Part shown: positions 10,601-18,637 of the stretch, in pieces
Numbering within the stretch: the first letter of the stretch is position 1
How the letters are laid out: each line of letters opens with the position of its first letter
Source: Patescibacteria group bacterium
GTDB taxonomy: Bacteria > Patescibacteriota > Patescibacteriia > UBA2591 > JAQUPP01
Direction: 5' to 3'
Length of the DNA stretch: 64,000 nucleotides
Assembly (NCBI GenBank): GCA_028716665.1
Contig: JAQUPP010000001.1
Location: 477,046 to 541,045, forward strand
Translations under genes and position numbers: made by a program
Notes under the pieces: generated by a model
What the model saw: only the letters and a program-made list of their open reading frames with translations
Database searches by the model: none
What the model was told of the DNA's origin: nothing

Positions 10601-11547
10601 CCGGCGTAGTCGGCCCGACGAATTTATCTTTAAAGATAAATAGTGGTGCCGCAAAAACTTCTTCCAGAACGGTTACTTTAAATATTACTGCAACCAATGC
10701 CGCGGAAATGATGGTTAGTAATACAATTGATTTTACAGGTATAAATTGGGAACCATATCAAGCTACCCGTTCTTGGTTGTTAACAATCGGCAAAGGAGAG
10801 AAGTCTGTTTATATGCGTTTCAGAGATAAAGATTTTAATCTTTCTTCAATAATTTCTTCAATAATTATTTCTGAATCAGAAGAAACCGATATCATAACTT
10901 ATAATCTCAAAAATAGAGACTTGGTTATTTGTCCGACTTGCACTGTTCAATCAGGCGCGGTTTATATGATTTTGAATGGCGAGAAACACGTCTTCCCGCA
11001 TCTTAATGTTTATCTCTCTTGGGGCTATCCGTCCAATTTCTCAACGGTCAAAAAAGTCACTCCTGAAGAATTGGCGAAATATTCCGAAGGCGTAGCAATG
11101 ACATTCCGCGACGGTTCATTATTCAGAGGCAAGACCACATCGCTCCATGGTTTAAGCGCTTCAGCGGTATTCATGGTTTCGGATGGTAAATTAAGACCGG
11201 TAAAATCTTCGGCGATTTATCAGAAACTTTTCAATGATCCGAAATGGAAATTGGTGACTTGGGTGCCTGATGATTTATTATCCAAATTCAATTATCCTTT
11301 GGGCAATACGATTGATTCCACAACCAAACATCCTAACGGAACATTGGTTAAATACACGGGTACTAGTCAGATTTATTTGATTCAAGACGGCAAGAAATAT
11401 AAATTATCCACCAAGGCTTTAACCAATAATGGTTACAGCAAAGCGCCGGTAATGATTATTTCCAAGGCTGAAACTTATTCTGACGGCGGAACGATTTCTG
11501 ATTTTGCCGAAAATTTGGTTACGCCGAAATTTTTAGCAATGAAATAA
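4603..11547 (+). CDS. Giant secreted surface protein (2314 aa): IPT/TIG domain, many carboxypeptidase-regulatory-like beta-sandwich repeats, three C-terminal CPR-type repeats
   Basis: Signal peptide; recurring 'G.V.....V....TD..G.(F/Y).(L/I)....G.Y' units; C-terminal 'VYMI.NGEK', 'VFMVSDGK', 'IYLIQDGKK' repeats. Confidence 0.8.
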   Translation: MSNTKKFFSIFVTATTILWSMGLPTLAGALVPIAVTNITVSTTSAEITFNGQFSAETSPSSTTELGSVTNYATDLRNFIFETGAGLTDRTLSRFSPYDMSTQNFQAGENDYRLRVYGLESLKLSEGQAWQMTAGDIKNLAGTQTIEDFTANNTVTASIDPTINYIINNVTADSCYNYPCGNVGDEVTIIGSNFATSTDATEIFWNFNGGSVTSTPATASATELTTTIPTGLNGKVDMVISDLNTHRFSADSRPFMIWNNTQAVLIGNLTSDTSTDIDRVQVEAFVPGQMGNVVPGETHSNGKYALVLNTTGSYNIQFGTPAGATYVAPSKLSSQTATVGSVTQLTTQAFRAATLSGTVKSPSGATLLEGVEVVARPFTWDYEQRTTTGPNGTWKLYVPNDTSSQCYEIEARPKDYQDRVLQYKSVRTTQCLTSGQTATGININLSAQNVKVTIKAPGTLGDTPTASNPQPGLPVPYASVGLHTMDWSYQQWVQADADGVAYFGGATDSTHYILELEPPYSGDFRSYPRTRTAEFAIDVTDGQITDLGVKTFALPNVFGKVKCGGVATVAWINMNKDGSWYGVNTDDSGNFSLGGVAIGTYNLQIQPASGSTCASGNFSVSITSTTSNDLKDQADTLDGVDDDAFTLSAPNVTGVIKDPTNTTGQSGVWINFCPHQIPGMCYGANTQSDGTFSSNVPSGNWDLNVNIQYGSLYAAPQGMVITVAGTTITETSDPGTALTIANNSLLILLSDPSVNGLTGRVCKPKHDDNSAVTQAECDDPAGYPDIGATNVGINMRSQGSMSGSQWSQTDASGNYAIGGVAVGTYEIEANPWNGCGSINCGRKLVQNVTVTSSQASRRKNIILSTPNITGTVVIPNTSTTVANAWINFHIEGPMQGGTTGGWYGTNTNQNGQFSFGGVAAGTYALEIEAPRWGSAEEQAVYRNYSTKKYSNITISSAVAAGTDSLDLGTTYGTDGKLILGTPQVTGRVMNPGADGIAETADDQPVQWSWIMIHDQMWQNQGGSSTDDQGYFRIGGLDDATGLSMEINLPSGGDKAWIQPSGLTVDIVNDVGTVKLSNVTQANNLVTLTTPTKTLTGTVTKKGSGAVVANARVQANRDMGGGFFETLTDANGTYTLKLAGGGWWLGVNPDWSMGQPDWVYNEAQKKITFTEDSIAECRGTEATCPGGATILDVGLDFEVKVADAIITGLVKDPTGATAIANSWVMANSGGMMGGGNGTNTDSDGRFTFKVPAGTYDLVANPNWGEQGQSYGGSTPVKIKAISEQTTDAGTLILTAKNSHIKGTVTDSAGNAIGSVMVNAWQMNGPGWANTQTDSNTGRFDLIVSEGNWGVMIMPMSTQYIYQGGPQQVTITANQTSDNNDFLLKVADGLLKINIVDAEDNRISDIWGGVWVKDTDPTVNDFIDFGDPKMMQGGSGDAGAGGTAGSGGGAMGAGMDKGGFAGGGLANGYTEIKVPLGSYELGLNTPPGSKYTLTATKTVVVGEDDTCTDETTGCKEITLVVAPNNATIEGKFYLDTNSDGSYTAGTDTVVTGVRAFINGDKENGGWSQTEFAPNSVTDKYSLKVSAGSWYVDAFIDPMMNFGAENDKYKIVAEDIKTIVSAGDAEDDADPITRNFQLKKLDKTISGTITDPDDVGMSGVWVYADFGDETTKDDFKGPGGLGVGTFTSNDGTYTLNVTSGTFKIGAGIPPWDARDLINPPLLSVTVGDTNVTGKDLQFSLSDATITGEVTLGGTKEQAMIQAWSDDKGTGTMASDGTYTLKVKSGETWNVKATAKIEGILYESAATEVVTVVGAQTQNLILVTTGVAVPESKTTTFSATDSKTIELTNGLKLEIPAGALASSGTVTVTITPTVGEENQTTVSVKPDAKDKPLGVNYDFVAKDSNGQEITQFDSDVKITFPYDPELITDNGYTEEDITPKYFDDTTNTWENYKSVVRDATNNVIIVTTNHFTPGGITGGKFVTAGEEDDGGDTPTGGSTGGSGNAGVVGPTNLSLKINSGAAKTSSRTVTLNITATNAAEMMVSNTIDFTGINWEPYQATRSWLLTIGKGEKSVYMRFRDKDFNLSSIISSIIISESEETDIITYNLKNRDLVICPTCTVQSGAVYMILNGEKHVFPHLNVYLSWGYPSNFSTVKKVTPEELAKYSEGVAMTFRDGSLFRGKTTSLHGLSASAVFMVSDGKLRPVKSSAIYQKLFNDPKWKLVTWVPDDLLSKFNYPLGNTIDSTTKHPNGTLVKYTGTSQIYLIQDGKKYKLSTKALTNNGYSKAPVMIISKAETYSDGGTISDFAENLVTPKFLAMK

Positions 11548-11572
11548 AAGGTTAGAATAGGATATTAATTTT

Positions 11573-11605
11573 AAAGCCCTGACTTAATTAAAAAGTCAGG
11601 GCTTT
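11573..11605 (+). terminator. Intrinsic terminator
   Basis: AAAGCCCTGACTT...AAGTCAGGGCTTT. Confidence 0.75.
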
Positions 11606-11699
11606 AGTCTATTGCCAGTTTACAAGGACATGTTATCATATGTTTAAATGATTTGGTTCTTTTAAAAAAGTCTGCCCCCTCGGCAGACAAGGAGGAAAA

Positions 11700-12326
11700 A
11701 TGCTTACACTACGAATTATAGCAGGTGTATGTTTAGTGGTAGCCATTATTGCATTTATTTATCGGAAGATTGAATTTAGTAATGTTGACGAGGATGACAG
11801 AGACAGTCTCAAAAAAAATTCTTTTATCATAAGATTTTTCGGTATCTTGGCTGTATTGTTTTTGTTTTTTTCATGTTTTCAGGTTGTCCCGGTGGGAAAA
11901 ATCGCAATAAAGGTTAAATTGGGCATGGTTTACAGTGTAGAAAAGAGAGGGGTTATATTCGTTTCGCCACTTACAAGAATTGTTTTTATGGATAATCAAA
12001 TCCAATCTTTCACTGTTTCTTCAAGTGATAAATCTAAAGGATTTATCAATCTCCGGATCATGACAAAAGACAGTCTTATCGAAGATTTTGAAGCAACAAT
12101 TTGGATCAGATTGACTTCGGCGACTCGAGTATATGAAGATTGGGGGTCAAAATATACCAGTCGAATGGTTATCCCTATTATTTCTACTTCAATTAAAGAT
12201 GTAATGAGTCAAATGAAAAGAGAAGATTTCTATTTTTCAAAAAGTAAAGTTCAGATTAAAATTACAGAATTGCTCAATAAGGAATTTAAAGATAAGGGAA
12301 TAGTGGTTGTTAGAGTTTTGCTGTAA
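11700..12326 (+). CDS. SPFH/prohibitin (band 7) domain membrane protein, divergent and short
   Basis: Two TM helices, then 'FQVVPVGKIAIKVKLG...GVIFVSP...TKD' SPFH-like pattern; SD AAGGAGG. Confidence 0.65.
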   Translation: MLTLRIIAGVCLVVAIIAFIYRKIEFSNVDEDDRDSLKKNSFIIRFFGILAVLFLFFSCFQVVPVGKIAIKVKLGMVYSVEKRGVIFVSPLTRIVFMDNQIQSFTVSSSDKSKGFINLRIMTKDSLIEDFEATIWIRLTSATRVYEDWGSKYTSRMVIPIISTSIKDVMSQMKREDFYFSKSKVQIKITELLNKEFKDKGIVVVRVLL

Positions 12327-12345
12327 TTTGTGGAAGAAATAAAAA

Positions 12346-12378
12346 AGGGCGCGATAAATTCGCGCCCTGATTTTTTTT
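12346..12378 (+). terminator. Intrinsic terminator
   Basis: AGGGCGCGA-taaat-TCGCGCCCT followed by a T-run. Confidence 0.75.
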
Positions 12379-12574
12379 GATGTATTAATAAAGATTTATC
12401 TACTTTGTTAAAAATTTTGATAAAAGAGCGGGAATGAATTATAATTATGGCGAACAAAAAATCGAGATTTTAGTTTTAAAATTAGCCCACCCTTATCCAC
12501 TTGTCAGATGTTATATTTTGGTCTATTATTAAATATAGGAAAGGTTTTTAAATATATTAAATAATAATAAATTT

Positions 12575-13891
12575 ATGAAAATCAACAACAAAGCTTTTGT
12601 TCAAATTCCTTTATTGATCGGCTTGGCCTCAGTGGCCGCCGGAGCGGTTTTAATCAGTCGAACTATTGCTCAAAATTCTGAAATTTTATCGCCCTTACCT
12701 CCAATAAATCAGGAGCAGCAAATGATTATTAATCAACCGATGCAAAATCAGCAAGGACAAATTTTACCGGGAAATGAAAATCAGCAAAATTTTCAGCCAG
12801 GACAACCCATGCCAGGCCAACAAATTAATCAGCCAATGAACGGCACGCAACAGCCGGGAATGAATTTTGATCAAAATGGAAATCAGCCAGGACAGACAAC
12901 ATCAGGAGGCGAAGGTCAGAAAACTTTTCAGCCAGGGCAACCCATGCAAGACCAACAAATGAATCCGCCGATGAACGGCACTCAATCAAATCAAATTAAA
13001 CCGAATCAAACCAAACCAAAACAGGTTCAGATGAATCAAAATCAAGATCAAGATCAGAACGAAGAAGAACAAGATCAAAATGATTTTGTAGACCCCCAAG
13101 AAATCAAAGGAGTGACCAAGCAGATAAAAGATATGAAAAAACAGATTAAAACTTTAACTACTGCTTTAAAAAAATTACCGAATTTAACCGAAGAATCGGC
13201 TAATTTGCAAGAAATAAACAGCCAATTAGATACTTTCACAAAAAATATTAAAACTCCGCCAACAGATATGACTCAGCGCGAAGTAATGCAAGAATTTTAT
13301 GACGCCCAACTTTGGGAAACTCTTAATGAAATAAGGATGAAAATTGAATTTCCGAAAGAAACAAAACAAATAGAAACTCAGCTTAAAAAGACGGAAAAAT
13401 TAGTGGCTAACAAAAATTATCAGTCAATCGGTTTGGATATGGTGAAAATTAAAGCTGATGTTGTTGAAGTTAGAACCGCCTTGACCGAAGCTAATACTAA
13501 ATATAAAGCCGGGGAAATAGAAGATGCGATAGATGCTTTAACACCAATGCGGGAGGGGATGCACCCGGGCGATATTTATTGCGTAGTGACTTCTTTCAGA
13601 GATATTAATAAACAGTTTACAAAAGTAAAAGATCCGGAAATTAAACAATCCATCCAGGATATTATTGACCCGATCAAAGAATCCATTGAAAACCAGGATT
13701 ATCGAGATGCTTGCCAGAGTATCAATGATGTTCGCAATGAATTGAACAAGGTAATGAGTTATGCCACCAAAAACAGAACAAATATAGATCCGGCCATTCA
13801 AACAAAAATAGACAAGCTTAATCAATTGATAGACAAAAAATTCGGCACTCAGAAGACCGATTCGACTACAGACGAAGAAAATGCCCAATAG
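12575..13891 (+). CDS. Secreted or anchored protein with Q/P/N low-complexity repeats and a helical C-terminus
   Basis: N-terminal hydrophobic segment after 'NKAF'; 60-nt repeats at 12791-12850 and 12926-12985. Confidence 0.75.
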   Translation: MKINNKAFVQIPLLIGLASVAAGAVLISRTIAQNSEILSPLPPINQEQQMIINQPMQNQQGQILPGNENQQNFQPGQPMPGQQINQPMNGTQQPGMNFDQNGNQPGQTTSGGEGQKTFQPGQPMQDQQMNPPMNGTQSNQIKPNQTKPKQVQMNQNQDQDQNEEEQDQNDFVDPQEIKGVTKQIKDMKKQIKTLTTALKKLPNLTEESANLQEINSQLDTFTKNIKTPPTDMTQREVMQEFYDAQLWETLNEIRMKIEFPKETKQIETQLKKTEKLVANKNYQSIGLDMVKIKADVVEVRTALTEANTKYKAGEIEDAIDALTPMREGMHPGDIYCVVTSFRDINKQFTKVKDPEIKQSIQDIIDPIKESIENQDYRDACQSINDVRNELNKVMSYATKNRTNIDPAIQTKIDKLNQLIDKKFGTQKTDSTTDEENAQ

Positions 13892-13911
13892 ATTATTATA
13901 AAGTTTTAAAT

Positions 13912-13948
13912 AAAAGAGTGATTTATTCATTAATAAATCACTCTTTTT
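13912..13948 (+). terminator. Intrinsic terminator
   Basis: AAAAGAGTGATTTATT-catt-AATAAATCACTCTTTTT. Confidence 0.75.
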
Positions 13949-14047
13949 GACTTTTGGGGACTCTTGACAAAAACATAAAAATTTGCTTAAATAATGACAG
14001 TTCTTGAACAAAAAATCCGTCTATCATTAGTAGACAAGGAGGATAAG

Positions 14048-15376
14048 ATGAAAACTTTAATTTTAGGAGATGAAGTAGAAAAGGAAGAATTTTTATACCC
14101 CGAAGAGATTAGTAATAAACAAAGGACAAATTCGCTTCGTCTGTATCTTAAAGATATAGGGGGAAGTAATAAAACCTTGCTTTCTCAAGAGGAAGAAATT
14201 CAGATTTCCAAAACCATAGAGAATGCCTATTTTGAGATGGCAAAAATTCTTTTTTCTAACGATTTTGGTCTTAGTGAGTTCAGAAAGCTCTTTAAGAAAT
14301 CAAAGATAATTGAGATTGAAAAATTCATTAGAATAGGCACTTCATTTTCCAAAGATGTTATTGTCCAAGGGAAAGAAAAATTAAGGTTAATCATGAAACA
14401 GGTCTATAAGACAAGAGAGCTGAATTTGGAAGAGAGAAATTCTCTTACTCGGCAAATAGTGGAATTTGATTTACAATATCGTTATATTAACGAGATTGAA
14501 GGGAGATTCAGGAAATTAATGGAAATAAAAGAAGACGAAAAAATAATGAGAAAAACCGGTTTAAGCAGAGATGTCCTTCTTGAAAATCTTAGAGAGATTG
14601 ATAATCTTAGACAGATAATCAAAAGTGCCACGGAAATAATGTTAGAGGGCAATCTCAGATTATCCGTTTATATGGCGAAAAAGTATAAAGATAGAGGGGT
14701 TGAACTTTCCGACCTGATTTCCGTTGGGAACAATGGGTTAAGAAGAGCAATAACCACTTTTGACTATAGAAGAAAATTTAAATTTTCTACTTATGCCACT
14801 TGGTGGATTAGACAAGAAATGATAACATTAATCAACCAACAGGGAACCTCATTGTGTTTGCCGGTTAATTTGCAGGTTGATATAAGACATTTCAATCTTA
14901 TCGAGAAAGAATTGAAAAGTAAATTGGGAAGAGACATAGATCCGGTGGGAAGAGATCTCAAAAAGATTGCCAAGATAATGAAGGTTTCTCCTGAAAGAGT
15001 AAAAGAGATAGTAACTTTGATTCATAAGAATATGGTCGTCTCAATAGAGAGTCCAATCGATGGTGAAGGGGCAACTATAGGGGATTTAATTCCGCAAAAG
15101 TATGAAGACGAAAGTATGACTCATCTTCATAATACTTGGGCGGCGGAAAAGGCTATGGAAATACTCGAGAGACTGAGAGAAGAGAAGAAAGTCTCAATGA
15201 TAGAATATAAAACTTTCGTATTAAGGTATCCGCTCGGGAATAAACAGCAGATGACTTTGGACGAAATTGGCGTAATTTTTAATCTCTCCAGAGAGAGAAT
15301 CCGCCAGATTGAAATTAGAGTTAAGGAAAAGCTTTCATATCATAGAAGGGAGATTAGAGCGGCTTATCGTCAATAA
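14048..15376 (+). CDS. Divergent RpoD/SigA-type sigma-70 factor
   Basis: Region 1.2 'SLRLYLKDIG', region 2 'NLRL..MAKKY...FSTYATWWIRQ', region 4 'TLDEIG..FNLSRERIRQIE'; start moved to ATG 14048 behind AAGGAGG. Confidence 0.88.
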   Translation: MKTLILGDEVEKEEFLYPEEISNKQRTNSLRLYLKDIGGSNKTLLSQEEEIQISKTIENAYFEMAKILFSNDFGLSEFRKLFKKSKIIEIEKFIRIGTSFSKDVIVQGKEKLRLIMKQVYKTRELNLEERNSLTRQIVEFDLQYRYINEIEGRFRKLMEIKEDEKIMRKTGLSRDVLLENLREIDNLRQIIKSATEIMLEGNLRLSVYMAKKYKDRGVELSDLISVGNNGLRRAITTFDYRRKFKFSTYATWWIRQEMITLINQQGTSLCLPVNLQVDIRHFNLIEKELKSKLGRDIDPVGRDLKKIAKIMKVSPERVKEIVTLIHKNMVVSIESPIDGEGATIGDLIPQKYEDESMTHLHNTWAAEKAMEILERLREEKKVSMIEYKTFVLRYPLGNKQQMTLDEIGVIFNLSRERIRQIEIRVKEKLSYHRREIRAAYRQ

Positions 15377-15386
15377 GTCACAAATC

Positions 15387-15418
15387 AACGGCTATTAAAT
15401 AATTTAATAGCCGTTTTT
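15387..15418 (+). terminator. Intrinsic terminator
   Basis: AACGGCTATTAAAT/ATTTAATAGCCGTT followed by a T-run. Confidence 0.75.
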
Positions 15419-15488
15419 ATATTGACATTTTTTTAAAAATCTTCATACTTTAAATTAGCTATTTTGAATATAAAAAAAGGAGGTTAAA

Positions 15489-15608
15489 ATGTTTGAGCGA
15501 TTTATTCATCTATTGCCGTATGCATTGGCGTATTTTGGCGGAATAATAATTTTGTCATATATTGCGGGCAAAGTATCAAAACATTTTTCAGAAAAAAAGA
15601 GCTCTTAA
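15489..15608 (+). CDS. 39-aa single-TM peptide (not in ORF track): MFERFIHLLPYALAYFGGIIILSYIAGKVSKHFSEKKSS
   Basis: TTGACA(15422)-16 nt-CATACT promoter, AAGGAGGT SD, terminator hairpin over the stop codon. Confidence 0.65.
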   Translation: MFERFIHLLPYALAYFGGIIILSYIAGKVSKHFSEKKSS

Positions 15609-15674
15609 TCAACGGGCTCTTTTTGCTTTATAATGGATTGAACAATTAGATTAATTATTGTATAATATTAGGAT

Positions 15675-18140
15675 ATGAAAGAGAAATTTAGATTCGGGCT
15701 TAATGTTAAATTGATTTTAATATTTACTCTTTTTGCTTTATTGCCGATTGCTTTGATCGGTTTTATTTCAATTTCCAGAACAACAACGGAGCTGGAGAAT
15801 GAAGCCACTAATCGCTTAAAAAGTCTTTCCCAAAGCGAAGCTGATAAAATCAATTTGTCATTGTCAAAAGTAAGTTCGGCCAGCAAAAATTTGGCTGATT
15901 TTGCCACCAATGTTTTTAATAATCCTGATCTTTTTTATCATCCGGATTATTGGTCAGCCGACAGTTTATTCAGAGGGCCGGAAGGGCAATATGGAAATTC
16001 AGCCAAGGAAGTTTCATCGGTCATTGTTTTTAATTGGTGTTCGCTTGATGATCAAGCAAAAAATGATTTGAATTTATCAGCTGATTTGGATTTTATTTTT
16101 CCGACAATAAAAAATGAAAATCCGAATACTGATAATATTTATATTATCGGCAATAAATATTGTTGGTATCGTCTTTATCCGAACTCCGATCCCAATCCTG
16201 ATAATCAAGGCGGTTTTGCCATGGATGTTTTGCCGGCTGATGCCAATAAAAATGGCGTAGCCGCTCCGTTCTGGGATGATTTAACCGAAATCAATAATCC
16301 TAATAAACTTGCCAAGTGGACACCGCCATATGTTGATATAACAGGACATGGTTTGATGATCTCGGCCTTGGCCCCGGTTTATCAAAATGATAAAATGAAA
16401 ATGTTAACCGGCGTTGATTTAACCCTGGAAGACATAACTAATCGTATTTTGAATATTAAATTATGGAAGACAGGTTATGCTTTTATGATTGACAAAGAAG
16501 CAAGATTAATCAGTTTACCGGTGCGAGCCCAGTCTGATTTGGGGATAGAAGAAGAGCAATTAGGAATTTCTGAAATCAGAAAATCAAGCTTGCTGGAAAC
16601 TTCCAATTCCGATTTGAAATACGCGGTAATGTCCATGATTAAAGGCAAGAACGGCATTGAAACAATTAAATTCAATCAATCGGAGAAATATATTGCTTAT
16701 TATCCAATCAAGGATACGGGCTGGAGTTTGGGATTAGTGGTTCCGGTAAATGAAGTTATCGCCAGCGCTCAGAATACCAAAAATTTTATTTTTATCGTTT
16801 TATTGGTTTTGGCTATCATTTTAATCATTCTGGCTTTTTTAAGTTCCAAAATGGTCAGCGCGCCGATTAAAAAATTAACCAGAGGAGCGGAAGAAATCAG
16901 TAAAGGAAATTTATTCTATCAAATAAAAATTAATACTCATGACGAAATTGAACAATTGGCTGACAGTTTCAATCAAATGACTTTAAAACTGAAAGCTTAT
17001 TATGAAACTTTGGAACAAAAAGTGAAAGAAAGAACCGAAGAATTGAGAATAGCCAAGGCGGAAATCGAACAAGAAAAAAACAGATTGGAAACAATTTTAA
17101 TCAGCATCGGTGACGGAGTTTTCGTGATTGATTCGGAAAAAAGATTGGCTCTTATTAATCCGGCTATTACGCGAATTGCATGTTTTACGGAGAAAGATTG
17201 TTTAGGCAAGCCTTATGATCAGGTTTTTAAAATTATCAAAGAAGAAGATAGAACGGAAAATAAAGATTTTATCAATCAAGCTTTAATAAATGGAAAATTA
17301 ACCGGTTTAGTCGATCCTTCTGTTTTATTAACCGGTGACGGGAAGGAGGTTCCGATTGCCAGTTCAGCCGCGCCTTTAAAAGATGAGAATGGTCAAATTA
17401 TCGGAGGAGTGGTTATTCTACACGACATTACCCGGGAGAGAGAAATTGACAAACTTAAATCTCAATTTATTTCTTTGGCTTCTCATCAACTTAGAACCCC
17501 TGCAACCATTATTAAATGGGGGGCGGAAATTTTACTTCAAAAATTAGGCGGGAAACTGGATGATAAAGAAAAAGAAGAAGTCCAGAGAATTTGTCGCGGA
17601 AGCGAGAGAATGGTGGAATTGGTTAATGACCTGCTTAATGTTTCGCGGCTTGATGCCGGTCGATTGGTTTTTAAAACAGAAACAAAACAATTGGAAGAAT
17701 TACTTGATTCTATTTTTGATGAATATAAGTTATATTTGGAAAAGAAAAATATAAAATTAAATGTGGAAAAACCGCCGATTCTTTTGCCAAAAGTTAATAT
17801 TGATTCAGAAAAAATTCGCCAAGTGATTATTATTTTATTGGATAACGCCATTAAATATTCTCCTGATAATTCGGAAATAAAAATAAAAATTGAACAAAAA
17901 GGAGAAGAAATACTTTATCAAACTTCCGATCAGGGCGTAGGCATACCGAAATCACAGCAAGAGAAAATTTTTTCCAGATTTTTTAGAGCTGATAATGTCA
18001 GTCAAAAACCGGGAACCGGCCTCGGGCTTTATTTGGCCAAAGGTTTAGTGGAAGTAAGCGGCGGAAAAATTTGGTTTGAGAGTGAAGAAAATAAAGGCAC
18101 AACTTTTTATTTCACCTTGCCGATTAGTTCACCCCGTTAG
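15675..18140 (+). CDS. Sensor histidine kinase (Cache, HAMP, PAS, HisKA, HATPase)
   Basis: Two TM; 'WTPPYVD..G' Cache; HAMP 'PIKKL...DEIEQLADSFNQM'; H-box 'SHQLRTP'; 'LLDNAIKYS', 'GTGLGL'. Confidence 0.95.
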   Translation: MKEKFRFGLNVKLILIFTLFALLPIALIGFISISRTTTELENEATNRLKSLSQSEADKINLSLSKVSSASKNLADFATNVFNNPDLFYHPDYWSADSLFRGPEGQYGNSAKEVSSVIVFNWCSLDDQAKNDLNLSADLDFIFPTIKNENPNTDNIYIIGNKYCWYRLYPNSDPNPDNQGGFAMDVLPADANKNGVAAPFWDDLTEINNPNKLAKWTPPYVDITGHGLMISALAPVYQNDKMKMLTGVDLTLEDITNRILNIKLWKTGYAFMIDKEARLISLPVRAQSDLGIEEEQLGISEIRKSSLLETSNSDLKYAVMSMIKGKNGIETIKFNQSEKYIAYYPIKDTGWSLGLVVPVNEVIASAQNTKNFIFIVLLVLAIILIILAFLSSKMVSAPIKKLTRGAEEISKGNLFYQIKINTHDEIEQLADSFNQMTLKLKAYYETLEQKVKERTEELRIAKAEIEQEKNRLETILISIGDGVFVIDSEKRLALINPAITRIACFTEKDCLGKPYDQVFKIIKEEDRTENKDFINQALINGKLTGLVDPSVLLTGDGKEVPIASSAAPLKDENGQIIGGVVILHDITREREIDKLKSQFISLASHQLRTPATIIKWGAEILLQKLGGKLDDKEKEEVQRICRGSERMVELVNDLLNVSRLDAGRLVFKTETKQLEELLDSIFDEYKLYLEKKNIKLNVEKPPILLPKVNIDSEKIRQVIIILLDNAIKYSPDNSEIKIKIEQKGEEILYQTSDQGVGIPKSQQEKIFSRFFRADNVSQKPGTGLGLYLAKGLVEVSGGKIWFESEENKGTTFYFTLPISSPR

Positions 18141-18212
18141 AAGTTTCTTAAATATAAATTTCAAATAAAATTATTTGATAACATTAATAACCGTTGGAAC
18201 TTCCAACGGGGT
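18131..18212. mobile_element. MITE-like element with ACCCCGTTAGAA terminal inverted repeats, copy 1
   Basis: ACCCCGTTAGAAGTT ... AACTTCCAACGGGGT; homologous element at 45567-45646. Confidence 0.6.
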
Positions 18213-18245
18213 AAATAAAATATATTAATTAATTAATTTTAAATT

Positions 18246-18629
18246 ATGACAGAAACAATTAAAAAAATTTTAATTGCCGAAGACGAACCGGACATGCGCG
18301 GCATTTTGGCCAGCATGATTGAAAGCGCCGGTTATAATGTGGTTCAAGCCGAAGACGGCGAGCGAGCGCTCAATTTGGCGATTAAAGAAAAACCGGATTT
18401 AATTTTACTTGACCTTTCAATGCCGAAAATGAACGGTTTTGAAGTTTTAGAAAAATTAAAATATGACCCGGTCGGCAGCACAATTCCGGTAGTTATTCTT
18501 TCCAATCTCGGACAGGATAAAGAAGTGGTCAAGGGTAAATCACTTGGCGCAGTGGATTATTTGATTAAATCCAATGTTCACTTGACCGATATTTTGGATA
18601 AAATCAGCAAATATATTGTTGCAAAATAA
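18246..18629 (+). CDS. Single-domain response regulator (REC)
   Basis: 'ILIAEDE', 'LLDLSMPKMNG', 'DYLIK'. Confidence 0.95.
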   Translation: MTETIKKILIAEDEPDMRGILASMIESAGYNVVQAEDGERALNLAIKEKPDLILLDLSMPKMNGFEVLEKLKYDPVGSTIPVVILSNLGQDKEVVKGKSLGAVDYLIKSNVHLTDILDKISKYIVAK

Positions 18630-18637
18630 ATTTTATT

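Noticed and set aside
5130-10697. Many antisense ORFs within the giant genes and other CDS
   Set aside because: Shadow frames of long coding sequences with no start signals or recognisable motifs.
13994-14047. Longer N-terminus of the sigma factor from the ORF track
   Set aside because: That ATG overlaps the promoter and leader; AAGGAGG points to ATG 14048.
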